The notes under the pieces were generated by a model. That model saw only the letters and a program-made list of their open reading frames with translations. It was not told the DNA's origin and did not search any database. From contig OZ251249.1 in the NCBI GenBank assembly GCA_965240325.2, positions 434,001 to 498,000 on the forward strand: 64,000 nt of DNA, read 5' to 3'. This document shows, one piece after another, positions 1 to 13,200 of the stretch (within the stretch, counting starts at the first letter, position 1; every line of letters starts with the position of its first letter). The DNA comes from Rebecca billardiae RCC1528 (taxonomy: Eukaryota; Protista; Haptophyta). The position numbers were made by a program, and so were the translations under genes.

Positions 1-619
1 CTTTTACCCGCATTACTGTAGTTCGTCGTTCCACAGAGCCTCTTGCCGGAAAATCTATCATCAGTTCATCACATGCCTACGGCTAGCTTTAGCCACATAA
101 GACAAGGCTCAAGACTCCAGAGGCTACGAGTGTCAGCTGACGCGTGGCACAGCCCGTAGACTACCAGGGGTCTCCCTTTCATTCCTTTGCACTGACGCTT
201 TATACGTGTTCCGCCGAGTGGGCACTGAGCACTCGCCCGGTCGCCGCGCGGCGCGTTTGTCGCGCGGCTCGCGGACCGGCGGGCACGGACCCGCGCCGCG
301 CACTCCCGACTCCGATGTCCGCGGGCCAGCGGCGGCGCCAGGCCAGAGACATAGGACTGTTAGTCGGAGCGAACTTATTACTGTAGCAGGAGAGAGCAGA
401 CGACGACAAAGCACGAGCATCAAAGGTCCTTTGATCCAATCAGGGAGCCGCGCAGAAAGAGGCGGCGCAACGGTCGCGCACCTACAGTTTACTAAGAATA
501 AGAGACGCACACAGCTCAGGCAGGCGAGTAGCTTGATGGCTACCAAACCTTCCGGCTGGCCGGACCGCACGCCCGCAACGTGAACGGTGATCACTGGAGC
601 CGCCGGCTTCGGGGCCACG

Positions 620-2404
620 ATGGCGATGGGCGGCATGCGCGTCGTGATCGCCGTGCTGTGCGTGCTTGCTCTCGGCCGGATCGCCTCGGATGGACACGCC
701 ATGCGTGCCCTGCGCGCACAGCCTGCTCCGGGCGCCGAGGCGTCCCTGACGTCGTCAGAGGATGTGGGGCAGCCGTGCACGCTCCGCGCGGGCCGCTTCG
801 ACCTCGTCCCCCATCCGTATGCGGAAAGGTCCGAGGCCGAGGCGAGCGCGTCGCGCAACCTTGTGCTGCTCTTCCTCTCTTTCCCTGACGCCGCGCCGTC
901 CGAGCAGCTCCTGCGCAAGGCGCGACCAGACGTGCTCGCTGGCCAACTCCGCACGCACCTGAGCTCGGCTGACGTCGTGCTGATCCACGAGACGCCCGCC
1001 AACTCGACGGCCGTCGAGACGCTCTACGGCTGCTCCGAGCGCGCCGATCGCCCGGGCGCCGGCGTGCGCATGCGCTGCGTGCGCGCGTCCGACCTGCTCC
1101 CTCCCTCGGCGATCGCGCCGCAGATGCGCCAGTCGTACACGCACCGGTTCGTGCTGTGGGAACACTACCTGCGCGCGCACGCGCACGAGTACGAGGCCGT
1201 GCTGGTGATCGACACGGACGCCGCGGTGCAGGCCGACCCGTTCGTCACGCCGACCTTCGGCGGCGTCATCACCTCGATCGAGAGCACCGCCACGTACATG
1301 GGCGACTGCACCGGGCACACGGAGGGCTGCGTCGACTGCGTGCGCGCGCTGGCGGACGCGGGCTGGTCCTCGGCCGACTGCGATGTCCTGGCTGACACGC
1401 CGATCGTCAACATGGGCGGGTTCTACGGGGCGGCACGGGCGGTGCTCGACCTGATCGAGCGCTTCGTCAACGTGACCGCCTTCTCGCGCCTCGAGCGCCG
1501 CGTCACCTGCTGGGAGCAGCCGCTCTTCGGCCTCGCGCTCTGGGAGGCCGCCGCGTTCGCCCCCCACCCGGTGCTGCTCTCGACCGCCGAGTTCGGCCCC
1601 TTCGTCTCGCTCGCGCGCTCGATGCACGTGCGCGTGGAAGAGGCGCAGGGGGAGGCGCCGGGGGGCGGCCTCGCGCCGCGCGTGCTCTCGCTCGCCTCCG
1701 ACGCGCCCCGTCCGTACGCGGTGCTACACCAGTGGGGGCGCGTGCGCGCCGTCAGCGCCATCGTCGAGGCGCAGGCGCGCGAAGTCGCGGCTGCGGGGCC
1801 GGCACGCATTCGCGCGGCGCGGCGCCGACTGGCGCAGCACGCGCCACGCGCTGGGCCGGTGCAGCCGTCCGGCCTGAACCGGCCGATGACGAACGACCTC
1901 GTCATCGGCCCGCAGTGGCCACAGCTGTGCTCGCGCCACTGCAAGCGCTCGATGCCTGGCTTCCGGCGGATGTTTGAGCGCATCCGCGCGCGGTGCGCGC
2001 TGCCGCGCTTCTCGCCGGCGCATCCGACCATGGACTGCCTCGGGCTGGGGGTTGGGGCGGGCGCCGAGCGCAAGTACGAAGCGCTCTCGCAGCCTGCGGC
2101 GGCGGGCATGCTGGCGTGCGCGCGCGGCGAGGGCGCGCGCCTGCTGCGCGTCGTGCGCTCGCGGCACGAGCCGAGCGCGGATGCCGCGGCCCCGCCAGCA
2201 GCCACCAACAGCGCACCCCGTCCATGGCGGTGGCGCGGGTGGGGCCTGTGGCCTGTGGCAAGGGCTTCCTCGAGCAGCGTTGCGCCCATATGGCCACCTG
2301 CTGGCGACGATCGAGCCCGCCAGCACAAGGCGCTTCTGCCCGCTGGGGCTGCCGTGGGCGTGGTCGGTCGGCTTTCGTCTTTGTCATCAGCAGCGCCGGC
2401 CTGA
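620..2404 (+). CDS. Intronless secreted/type II membrane protein, glycosyltransferase-like (DxD)
   Basis: Long ORF with GC3-biased codons, hydrophobic N-terminus (VVIAVLCVLALG), VLVIDTDAAVQADPF DxD-type motif, NMGGFYG and HQW motifs seen in GT-A-like algal proteins. First ATG at 620. Confidence 0.6.
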   Translation: MAMGGMRVVIAVLCVLALGRIASDGHAMRALRAQPAPGAEASLTSSEDVGQPCTLRAGRFDLVPHPYAERSEAEASASRNLVLLFLSFPDAAPSEQLLRKARPDVLAGQLRTHLSSADVVLIHETPANSTAVETLYGCSERADRPGAGVRMRCVRASDLLPPSAIAPQMRQSYTHRFVLWEHYLRAHAHEYEAVLVIDTDAAVQADPFVTPTFGGVITSIESTATYMGDCTGHTEGCVDCVRALADAGWSSADCDVLADTPIVNMGGFYGAARAVLDLIERFVNVTAFSRLERRVTCWEQPLFGLALWEAAAFAPHPVLLSTAEFGPFVSLARSMHVRVEEAQGEAPGGGLAPRVLSLASDAPRPYAVLHQWGRVRAVSAIVEAQAREVAAAGPARIRAARRRLAQHAPRAGPVQPSGLNRPMTNDLVIGPQWPQLCSRHCKRSMPGFRRMFERIRARCALPRFSPAHPTMDCLGLGVGAGAERKYEALSQPAAAGMLACARGEGARLLRVVRSRHEPSADAAAPPAATNSAPRPWRWRGWGLWPVARASSSSVAPIWPPAGDDRARQHKALLPAGAAVGVVGRLSSLSSAAPA

Positions 2405-3195
2405 TTAATCGGCGGATCGAGGGCGTCGCGCCCGGCCGCCGGCGATACCGCTGGCAGGCGGTGCCACCAGGCTCAGCTGCTCGCGGCATCTATCCGCGGC
2501 CGCCGATGATGACGACGATGATACGCGACGGCATGACGATGACGACGTCGTGAGTGATCGGACGATCGAGTTAGCGCATCGGTCACATCCGCGCGCTGCG
2601 GCGGCGCAGATGACTACTGATAATTCGAGCATCAGACTCGCGACGGTAGTGGCGGCGCGGGGCCGCGCCGGCCGATCCGCGACCGGCGTGCATGTCCCCC
2701 GCGGGTCCGAGTGGCGAGTCCGAGACCGTCCCGGCGCACATCACGTCCAGTGTCACGCCGCGGTACTCTAACTCGGTCGGTCGATGAGTATATATATATA
2801 TATAGCTAGGGGCGGCCGGAGCGGCGCGGACGGCCGGCGCAGGGCGTCGCGGGACGACCGCCGGCCGGGCCGCGGCGGACTCCCGCCGAGACGTGAGACG
2901 GGCTCCGCCGCCGCGGCGAGTCCGAGTGTGCCGGGCAGAGTGTGGCCCGCATTGAGCAGCCCGAGCGGCGCACGCGGATGACCGGACTGACGGCGGGCGC
3001 AGTCCGGCCGGCATGCTGAGTGAGGGTAAGGCCCGCCATGGCCGCCATCACGGCCGCACTTTATTCACGGCGCGCTCCCGCGGATCGACTGCCGTGAGTC
3101 CCGGATAGTCGGGAATCGGCGGCGGCTAGTGACGGCTACTCGGGGAGGGCCGGCCCGACCGTCTCACGCGACGCGCGACGGGCGAGTCGTCGTGA

Positions 3196-3284
<89 letters not shown>

Positions 3285-3339
3285 TATAGAGATATAGATA
3301 TATATAGATATATATAGATATATATATATATATATATAT
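3196..3339. repeat. (TA)n microsatellite with TAGA interruptions
   Basis: Directly visible. Confidence 0.95.
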
Positions 3340-3551
3340 GATCATCATCCGCGCGGCTGATATTAATAATCGTCATCATACACGTAGTATATATATAGCG
3401 CATATATATAATACTTATATACGGTAGTACGTATCGCGCTGTAGTCGTCGTGCGTCAGTATACGTATATATAGTCAGCATGGGCATCCCTGCTGGGCACT
3501 ACCCTTGGCTGGGCCTAGCGCCGACGCGGCCCGCGCGCAGGTCAGCAGATT

Positions 3552-3716
<165 letters not shown>

Positions 3717-4968
3717 TCCGTCATCTACTCGACGACCGCCGCTCGTTGCTGGCGACACTACCGCGGCCCGCCCACCTCAAAGATGTGCGCGTGCCGTTTC
3801 TGGACGCTTCTAGCCTTGATCTCCTGAACATTTGTAGGGGAGATGAGTTTAGTCAGTCGACTGACTAAACTTTTTCTTCAATCAAGGCTCCTCACGACTA
3901 GGCGCCGTCTTGCACGAAATCCCTATCCTCTCGTCTGGCCACGGCCCTTGGTCTGGCGGTCTTGCATCAAATCCTGGACTCGCGAGGGCAAGGGGTGGGC
4001 CCTCTACCTACGGCCGCCAAACCGGTAATACGCGTTCTGAGCCCGGTCTGGTTGCGGGCGGCCCGGGGCCGCCGCGCCCCGGCTGCCGGGGCGGCGACTC
4101 GGGGAGGCGAGCGTTGGCGCGCGCCCGCCGTGGCCGCGGCGGCAGCGGGGTCGTTGGGCCATCCCAGGGGTATCTGAGCCTCTCGACAAGGGGCCGTGGC
4201 TGCGCCTCGCGTGGGCTGTACTGCACGCGGGCAGCCGACACGAATGCGATGCGCCATCCAAGCGCGAGCCCGAGAGCTTTCGCGACACGGGTGCTGCGCG
4301 AGCACGTCTGAAGGAGCGGGCAAGGTCTCGAGAGGAAGCAGGGAGACCACAGAAGTGCTAGCTCGCAACGACAGTCAGGGAGCGCGAGCCGCCCCGCTGC
4401 GCTGCCTGAGCCGGTCGCCCCACGGGCACGGCCACGGGCCACGCGTGGCGGGCAAACGTGACTGCCGCGCGGCAAGGCTTGGTGAGTGTGTACATGCTTC
4501 AAGTGGCTGGTCGCTGGTAGAGCTGCTGCATCCCAATCGCGAGCAGCCAGTAACAGCGACTCGGCCGCGCCGCCGCGGCCGTGCTCCGCAGTTCTGGTGC
4601 CCGCGCGGAACTGACGGTCACGGTTGCGCACCCGCGGGCGGCGAGACCAGTCAGTGGGCCGGCTCTGCCGCCGTCCCTGAGCGTGACCCGCAGTGGCGTC
4701 GCCGGGCTTGCAGGGGGGTCTAAGCCGGCCGCCCGCCCGAACCGGAGCCTGGCACGACCGTATCCGGCCCGCGCCGCCGCGCGCTGCCACAGTGGCCGGT
4801 GGCGGTGGCACGCGTCGGGCCCGCGCAGCCCGCGCGGCCCGCGCCGCCGCGCGGCCCGCGAGCGCGGGCCTCATCCGACGAATAAGACTGACGAGTATCA
4901 CGAACGAATATGGCGCCAATGCGGGATAGTGCGACTGGAGTGCTGAGCCGTGACTGACTACGTCATGC

Positions 4969-6371
4969 CTACCAGCCGTACGTACATCCCCGCCCACTAT
5001 TCGGATGGTAGCCCGCGGTCGGCGGCGGCGAGCCGCCGATGATTGTCCCGCCGGTCGCTGTGACATCCTTCCACTTACGCCAGGTGAAGCGCAGGCCGAT
5101 GACCGACTGGAAGTCGGTGAACAGGACGAGCTGGTGCGGGCTCTCGGCGAGCGTCGTGGCGGGAGAGAAGATCTCGGCGTAGTTGTCCGACGCGTTGCCG
5201 TTCAGCGGAGCGATCGAGAAGAAGGGCCAGCCGGGGGCGAGCGGCAAGCTCGCGTGAGATGCGAGCTCGAGCTCGTACCGGCCGCGCAGCCAGCGGCCCA
5301 GGCGGTCCTCGGCGAAGAGGTCGATGACGGCAGCATCGTACGCGGTGGCATCGACCTGGACCGATGCGCGCTCGGCTGCGTGCAAGCCTCGGCAGTGCGC
5401 GACGACGCGCGTGAGCAGCCGATCGAAGATCGCCGCCTGCTGCTGCTGGCGGACGCGAATGTGCATCGGCTCCCGCCACAGGAACTCACGGTACCGCGCG
5501 ACGAGGTTGTGCACAGCCTCCGCCGGCGGGCGGTACAGCTTCGCGCCGTGCTCGATGGCGACGATGGTGACGTGGCGATACACCTTACTGCTGGCGAGGC
5601 AGCCCGCGACACGGCGCTCGGACTCGACGCACGCCGCAACCAGATCGGCGTCCGCGGCGATGCCAATCTCATCGCGCCCTGCGCGGCGCGCGCGGGCACG
5701 CGCGCAGGACGCGCGTCAACACGGGCGGCGGGGGGGAGCGGGCACGGCGCGCGCGCAGCGGGATCCGATCGTACCGAGATCGAGCACGTGCTCGTCCGCC
5801 TCCCCGAGCAAGCACGGCCGCAGCGGGTAGCCGCGCTGCTGCCCGTCCTCCGCAGCCCCTGTCGTCGTCGGCAGCACGATGCCGCCGTCCGGCTGCTTCC
5901 AGGCCTTCAGGCCGACACCGAACTCGAATGGCATGCGGGCGGTCGGGAGCTGCGCGATGACCTCCTCGGGTGGCTCGGTCAGATTCATGTTCGCCACATG
6001 CAGCACGTTGCGCTTGGCCTTGAACGGCTGCGGCTCGGACTCGCCCTGCCTGGCATCACAGACGACGGGGCGGACGACGACACGCGGTGTTGGCGCGCCG
6101 CGGGTATGCGCGCGCAGGGAGGGATCGCGGGCGGGGCGGCGCACCTCGGGCGCTTGAACGCGGTCCATGCATTCACGAAGAAGTCCAGTGCGCCCCCGCG
6201 CGCGATGAACTCCGCAAGGTTCTTCCACACCATCACCTTGCCATGCACCGTCTCGACCTCGATCTCCTCCTCCTTCCAGTTGCCGACGTGCTCGTAGACC
6301 TCCGCAGGGTGGTAGTCTGCGGTGCGCGTCTTGCCAGGCAAGTCCTCCACGAAGTAGAACCACTTTACCAT
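4969..6371 (-). CDS. Three-exon hypothetical protein (~400 aa) of unknown family
   Basis: ATG at 6371 (MVKWFYFVED..). GT-AG introns at ~6144-6051 and ~5774-5680 join three frames into one ORF (..AFKRPRQGESEPQ..DLGRDEIGI..SKVYRHV..CTYGW*). Coding-like codon use. Confidence 0.7.
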
Positions 6372-6919
6372 GAGGGTCACTGACCCCGCGACGACTTCTT
6401 GACGACGCGGCGCACCTGCGCGAGCCCGGCGCGCTCCGAAGGCCTGCCGTTCTTCTGCAGCCACTGCACGACGACATGGTCTCCGATTCCGATATTGATG
6501 CCGCGCCAGATGACGCCGACATTCCGCAATCGTCCTCCCCGCGTGGCGGCGGTGACGAGCTCCGGCGCGGTGGCCGGCGGGAGCTCCCCGCTCCGTCCAT
6601 GACTTCGACAAACCGCGAGGGGCCGTTCGACCGGCGCTCAGCCGGAACGGAGCGACTCAACCAGGCTCGGCGGTTGCTCAAAAACCTATTCATGCCCTCC
6701 ACCGCCCCTGGTGCAGGCCGGGCGTTGATTGGCCGTCGGTTGCTAGTGCAGTTTTAAGAAAATCTCGTGGAACGTGGCCGGAAAAGGCACCCGCACATCT
6801 TTGAGGTGGATGTGCGCGCGGGCCAGCCGCGACAGCGCCCGTGTCGGCGGCCTGCCGCAGCCGCGCCTCCGCATCAGCAGCGTCGCAGCCCGGCGCAGGC
6901 ACGCGGGCGGCGCTCAGCC

Positions 6920-8101
6920 TCAGCCCAGCTCCACTCGTGCTGCGGCCGGCACCGCGGCCGCCCGGTCCTCACCGGGCGGTGACCGCACGGGCGCACCGTC
7001 GTGCCCGCCACCGTGCCCGCCGGCGCTGCCCCGCACCGCCGACGCCAGCAGGCACACCCATGCAATCTCGACCGCGCCGACCCACATCAGCCGTGACATG
7101 GGCGAGCGGAAGACACCGTAGGTGACGGCGTGCGCTGCACACCCGCGTGGGGGCGGGCCGGGCGGCGCGGGCGGCGCGCAGGGAGATGGCGCGGGGTGGC
7201 ACGTCAGCGGGGTGAGCATGCCCATCCGCGGGGCGCGCGTAGCGGGGCGCCACCCGCCGCGCGCACCGGGTATCCACAGCGCCCACCCCTGCACGCACAG
7301 CCCCGCCGCAAACGGCAGCAGCCCCTCGAGGGAACTCCCCTTGGCGACGCGCAGCGTGAAGACGCTCGCGCCCACCCACGCGGGGCCCCACGCTGGCGGG
7401 GGCAGGGCGGAGGGCGGGGAGGGCAGGCGAGGGGGGGGGGAGAGGGTGGATGCCGGCCACGCGCGGCGCACGAGAGCCGCGCCGCGCGCCCGGACGCGCG
7501 GTGGGCAGCACGCGCGCGCGCGCCGCGCCGCGCCGGGCGGCCGCGGCGCGTCGGCGCGCGCACCGAGTTGGTCGGCGCACACGAGCGCCACCGTCTGAAT
7601 GCGCGGCGAGAGGCCTCGGCCGTACCGCACCATGCTCGCGTCCGCCAGCGTGTACCAGCAGTACGAGAGCGGCCCGTGCAGCACGAAGCCGAGCAGCCCG
7701 AACGTGCGCACGCTCGAGAGGTCCAGAGGCTCGGCCTCCAACAGGCTGCGGCCCTGCGTGTCCGCGATGCGCGCGAGGAGCTGCGAGGTGACCTCGCCGA
7801 GGGAGTGCGTTGCGCCGGACGTGAGCGCCATCTGCACGACCATCGGCCCGAACGACGCGGCCGCGTACGCGGCGGACGCCCGCTGCACGAGGTGCGCCGC
7901 GCGCTCGCCGATCGGCGTCAGCTTCGACTGCAGCAGGTCGCGCGCGCCCTCGAAGGCCGGCACGCGGCCGACGGCGAGGATCCGCTCGGCGGCGTGCTCA
8001 AAGGACGGCAGCTTGCCCTGCGGCAGCAGCGTCGCCTGCGCGTGTGCGAGCAGCCGCTTCCCGGCGACGGGCAGCAGAGATTCTCGCCTGCGCAGCCCCA
8101 T
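6920..8101 (-). CDS. Mpv17/PMP22 family membrane protein (paralog 1)
   Basis: TSGATHSLGEVTSQ, GFVLHGPLSYCWY, DQLAWGP and W-x-LWIPAHAVTY are typical of Mpv17/PMP22. Introns at 7563-7393 and 7266-7135. Confidence 0.85.
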   Translation of the reverse strand: MGLRRRESLLPVAGKRLLAHAQATLLPQGKLPSFEHAAERILAVGRVPAFEGARDLLQSKLTPIGERAAHLVQRASAAYAAASFGPMVVQMALTSGATHSLGEVTSQLLARIADTQGRSLLEAEPLDLSSVRTFGLLGFVLHGPLSYCWYTLADASMVRYGRGLSPRIQTVALVCADQLGARADAPRPPGAARRARACCPPRVRARGAALVRRAWPASTLSPPPRLPSPPSALPPPAWGPAWVGASVFTLRVAKGSSLEGLLPFAAGLCVQGWALWIPGARGGWRPATRAPRMGMLTPLTCHPAPSPCAPPAPPGPPPRGCAAHAVTYGVFRSPMSRLMWVGAVEIAWVCLLASAVRGSAGGHGGGHDGAPVRSPPGEDRAAAVPAAARVELG

Positions 8102-8885
8102 GCTGGCTTGGCGCCTGGCGGCGGCGGCGGCGGGCGGGATGCGCGGCTTGGACCAACGGTGCGATACTGTTGGCGGGCGTCAATCTCGCCTGCCTGAGCT
8201 GTGTGCGTCTCTTATTCTTAGTAAACTGTACTGCGATCTACTGCATCAACTTACTTGCCCAGCCAGTAGTCAAGCTAGCAGTATATTGGTCAAAGTACAA
8301 TACAGTACAATCATCTTTCGCGTAAAACGGGCAAGCGAACTCGGCGTCACTCGATCATTGATGATGTCATTCATCGCAGCTCGGCGGATTCATCGCGCGA
8401 TTTCGATTTTCGCAGCAAAATCATGCGCTGATGACAAGGTAATGTCGCATGAATGGGCGCCCGAGCCAAGTCTGGCTTAGTAGCAGCGAACTCTAAAGCA
8501 GCCGACGGTGCGCCACCGCACGTCACGCCGCCGAGTCCAGCGCTGCCTGCTGGGCGCACAGCGCTGCATGGTCTCAGTGCCCATGCCCACCGCCGCCGCC
8601 GCCAGATGCTCTCATCGCGCACGCTGATGCGCCCGGAGGCGGAGCCGCGGAGCGCGTGACATGCAGGCGCAGCAGTCGGCGATGCCAGGGCGGCGGGTGT
8701 GCCGTCATGGCGGGGCAGGCGGAGCACGCGGCCGCAGGGGGCAGTAGCGGGATGAGCGAGGGTGCGTGCACGCGTGCAGTGGCGCACGGCGTCCAGCTCC
8801 GGTCGCGCGCAGACGCGCACAACCTGCCCGCAGCGTGGATGCCGCCACGTCTGCCGACTCCGTGGCGCGGCACCGTGGCGCGGGC

Positions 8886-9531
8886 TCACGCGCGCGCGGG
8901 GCGCGCCTTGCGCGCGGCTCGCGCGCGCGCCGCACCGAGGATGCAAACCCACATCACCTCGACGGAGTCGACCCACATGAGCCGCGCGAGCGGCGTGCTG
9001 AATGCGGAGTACGTGACCACGTGTGCTGCCGCGCAGGGACCGCAGGCCGCAGCGCAGGGGTGCGTGCGCGCACGAGTCAGCCAGCGCGGCGGCTGGGCCC
9101 GGCCGTGGCGCGCAGGCGTGGGCGCGCGCACCGGGGATCCATAGCGTCCACCCCTGCACGCACAGCGCCGCGACGAACTGGACCAGCCCGTCCAGGCTCC
9201 GCCCCTCCGCCAGCCGCAGCAGCACGCACGAGACGATAATCCAAAACGGGCCCCATGCGATTTGGTCCGCAAAGACGAGCGCGACCGTGCGCAGCGGCCG
9301 CGGCCAGCGCCGGCCGACGGTGGCCATCGACCTATCCGCCGCGGTGAGCCAGCAGTACGACAGCGGGCCGTGCAGCAGGAACCCCAGCGACGCGAAGCGC
9401 AGGATCTTGCCCATGTCCAGATGCAACGGCAGGCCGCCGCCGCCCGGCGTGGCCGTGATGAGCTGCGAGATCGTCTCGCCGAAGGCGTGCGTCGAGCCGG
9501 AGGTGATCATCATCTTCGCCACCTCGTGCAT
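8886..9531 (-). CDS. Mpv17/PMP22 family membrane protein (paralog 2)
   Basis: TSGSTHAFGETISQ, GFLLHGPLSYCW, DQIAWGP and LWIP|AHVVTY. Shares the WIP intron with paralog 1. Both ends approximate. Confidence 0.85.
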
Positions 9532-10205
9532 GGCGGCGGCGCGCGCGGCGCGCGTGTGCGCGGCGGCGGTCGACGGCGCGACGGTCGGTGGCGCGCAGAT
9601 GCGCGCGACGACTTGCGGCGGGAGCGGACGACCGCTCTCGCTTCGTCCGACGCATCAGTCGCAATTCGGACGAATCCCCACCGGACGTTCGCGGGACCCC
9701 CCTCTATTTCTTTGGCGGGACGAACGAAGCAGCGGCGGCGGGTTTTCATTTGGACGAGACATGCGAGCTGAGCTGGCTGGCTGATTTCGGCAGCATGGCC
9801 GCCTCGGCGGCTGCCGGCCGAAGTCGCGTAGGGGGGACCGTAGGGGGCACCGTGCGGTCCTACGAAGGTGTAGTGGCAGCAAGGGCTACCGCGCCCATGA
9901 CCCAGGCACATGCATGCCACCCTCGCCGGCGGAAGGCTGCCACCAGCCACTCGTTGGATGCCTCGCGTGTCGTGTCGCTGACGGGCCGACGGTGCCGGCT
10001 GGACCGTGAGACCGTCTGGCGCCGACCGTGTGACGATTGCTGTCAGCTGCTCGGCGGCCGGCGCGGCAGCGGGGGGTCCGCGTCCAACCACCAGGCGCGC
10101 CCGCGCGCGGATGCCCACCGAGGCAGGCACTGCCGCGGCGCCCGCTGCCGCCCGCCCTGCCACGCGCCGCCTCCCGCGCAAGCGCGCGCATGCGCCTGTG
10201 CGCGC

Positions 10206-13200
10206 TCAGTCCACCTTGACCGCGCCGTAGATGCGCCACACAAACGTGTACGCTGAGCCGAAGCCGACGGTGCCGGTGATGAGGAAGAAGACGAGGGAGG
10301 CGACGAACATGTAGCTGCGCACGGGTGGCGAGGCGGGGGGCGGCGCGTGGTGGGTGAGGCCGCCACGCTCGCCAGCTGCGCGGCGACCGCACGCGCGCGG
10401 CCGGCTGCAGGCCGGCTGGGCGTTCGCGGCGGGCGGGCGGGCGCACCTGAAGTAGAGCATGGTCGGCACTGGGCCGACCACGTCCATCTGCGTGAAGAAG
10501 TACACGAAGGAGTAGCCTGCGCGCCCGACCGCGTGCGCCGCGCGCGCGTGAGGCCTCGAGCTCAGAGTCGCGCGCCGCACGCGCCGCCGCACGCGCGCGC
10601 GGGCGCGTGTGTGGCGCGCGGGCGGCGCGCGTTGCGCCGCGTGCGCCGCGTGCGCCGCGTGCGCCGCACCGAAGAGGTAGAGACCGGCCGCGCCCGAGTT
10701 GAGCAGAGACCTCCACCACCAGTCGTAGTCCTCGTTGCACAGCTGGAAGTAGCAGAGCACCACCGAGATCTCGGCGCACGTGATCAGCAGGATCACGAGC
10801 ACCTGAGGCGCGGAAGAGGGCGGCGCGCGCAGCGGCGGCGGCAGCGGCAGCGGCAGCGGTGGTCAGCCGCCGCGCGAGCAGCACCCACCGCGGACGCCGA
10901 GCGCGCGCGCGCGCGCGCGCGCGCACCAGCGTGAGGAAGCCGAAGACGTAGTAGAAGCGCTGCTGCCACACGCTCGTCATGATGAAGAAGAGCTCGATGA
11001 ACACCGCGCCAAACGGCAGGATGCCGCCGATCAGCATGGTGAAGTGCGGGCCCATGTACCACGCCTGCGTCGGGATCTGGCGCGGGATGTCGTTGGTGCG
11101 CACCGGCGGGTCGGGGAGCGGCGCCTTGTACCCGAAGAAGGAGCCGACGAAGATGAGCGGGACGGAGATGAGGAACCACATCGCTATCAACGCGACCAGA
11201 GTGCCAAACGGGATGGCGCCTGCGCACGGCGGCGCGCGGCGGGCGCGGGGCGGCGCGGGCTCAGCGCGACGCGTCGAGACGCGCGCGCGCGCCGCCCCGC
11301 CAACGCGCACGCCCGAGTTGCCAACGTGCACGCCACGCCCCCAGCCGGCCTGCCGCGCGCACGCGCCCGCCCTCCCCGTCCCTCCCCTCCGCCCGTGTGC
11401 GCGGCAGGCTGCCCCTCGCGCGCGCGCATGCCGCCCACCTGACGAGCCCTTCGCCCAGATGAAGAAGTTGAGCGAGAGGAAGACGACAAAGGCGATGCCG
11501 GGGTAGAGCAGCGCGGTGAGCAGCGTGCTCATCGCCCACGACTCTCCCTGCAGGGCCTTGTACGTGGCGGCGGAGAGGTAGCCGGCGGGCACGCCCATGA
11601 GCACGTAGAGCAGCAGCGTGGCGGTGAGCAGCCCGCCGCGGTTCGCGGGCGAGAGGAAGCCGAGCATCGCGCACAGGATGGAGATGGCCGACATGCCGAG
11701 CAGCTGGATGCCCGTGCCGAGCGACGCGCAGAGCACGGGCGCGTGGAAGGGCGGGCGCAGCACGTCCGCGTGCACGAGCTTCCAGCCGGACTCCTCCTGC
11801 AGCTCCTCCTTGTCCTCAGCGTTGTACCTGCGGGGAGGCGCACCGGAAGGGTGGGGCGGGCGGGCGGGCGGGCGGGTGGGGCGCGGCGCGCGAGTCAGCC
11901 GCGCGCGCGGCGCAGCGGCGCAGCAGGCGGCGTCGGCACGCACGCGGGGAAGCGCGCGGCGCGGCGGGCGCGCCGCGCCCGGCGCTCGCTGCCGCCCGCG
12001 CCGCGGTGCCGCGGTGCGCGGCGCACCTGTTCAGATCCCGACGCAGCGTGCGCATCATGATCATCGCGACGATGCCGGTGAGCAGCAGCACGATCGCCAG
12101 CGAGTTGAGGATGGAGAACCAGTGGATCTGGTCGTCGCCCATGTACAGGTACAGGTCCCAGCGGGAGGCCCATCGGATGTCCGAGATCTCCCACGCCGTC
12201 TCGTACGTGAAGACCACCTGGCCGCGCGCGCGGAGGGCGGCGCGGGGGGGCGCGGGGGGGCGCGGGGAGGTGCGCGCTCGGGCGGCGGGCGGCGGCCGAG
12301 GGCGGAGGAGCGGCGCACGAGACCCTCGCAGCACGCTCGCGCGCGCGCGCGCCAGCGCGCCCGCGCCCGCGCCCGCCCGGCCGCCCGGCCGTGCGCTCCC
12401 CGCCGCGCGTCGGCCCGCGCCACCGCGCCCACGCCGCGCGCACCTCCTTGGTCTGCGGCCGCGCGCCCGCCGCGCCCGTGCTGATGTCCGGCGGGATCAC
12501 CGGCTGCGGCGGCAGGTCGGGCGTGATCGGCACGGTCAGGAACGTGTTCGAGTCCGGCTCGTCGGCGTTCCACTTGCCCGACACCTTGTGCGCGACGCTG
12601 TACGCCTCCACCTCGAAGCCGACGATGCGCGCGCCCTCGTACTGGTCCGAGCGGTGGTACTTGATGACGAACCGCAGGTGGTTGTTGATGTACGCCACGC
12701 CGGGTGTGGTGCCTGGCAGCTCGGCAGAGCCGACAAAGCCCAGCCTGCGCGGGGGAGGCGCGCGGCGGGCGGCGTGCGTGCCGCCGCGGGGCCGCTCAGC
12801 GCGCCGCCTCGCAGCGGCCCCCGTGCCGCGCGCCCCGCGCGCGCCCCGCGAGCCGCTCGGCCGGCCTGCCCTGCGCCCGCGCGGCGCTCTGTGCGCGTGC
12901 GCGTGCGCGTGCGCTGCGCACCTGAAGCCGCGGTCGTACAGCGTGACGGTCTGGCCGTTGGGCAGCTTCTGCAGCATCTTGGTCGCGGCGGGCAGATTGT
13001 CCATGATGAGCTGCACGCGGTAGTCCTCCTTGATCTTCTGCGCGAACTTCTTCGCCGCCGGCCCCTCCGCCATGTCGATGCGGCAGAGCACCTTGAACGC
13101 CGACGTGCCGTAGTACACCTGCGCGCGGGCGAGAGCGGGAGAGCGCGCGCGGGAGGCGGGGCGCGGGGACGCAGGGCGCGGACGTGGCGGGTCGGGCGCG

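Noticed and set aside
9532-9764. N-terminal extension of Mpv17 paralog 2 through an in-frame TGA (selenocysteine or readthrough)
   Set aside because: The extension is low-complexity, has no evident homology to paralog 1, and no SECIS was identified.
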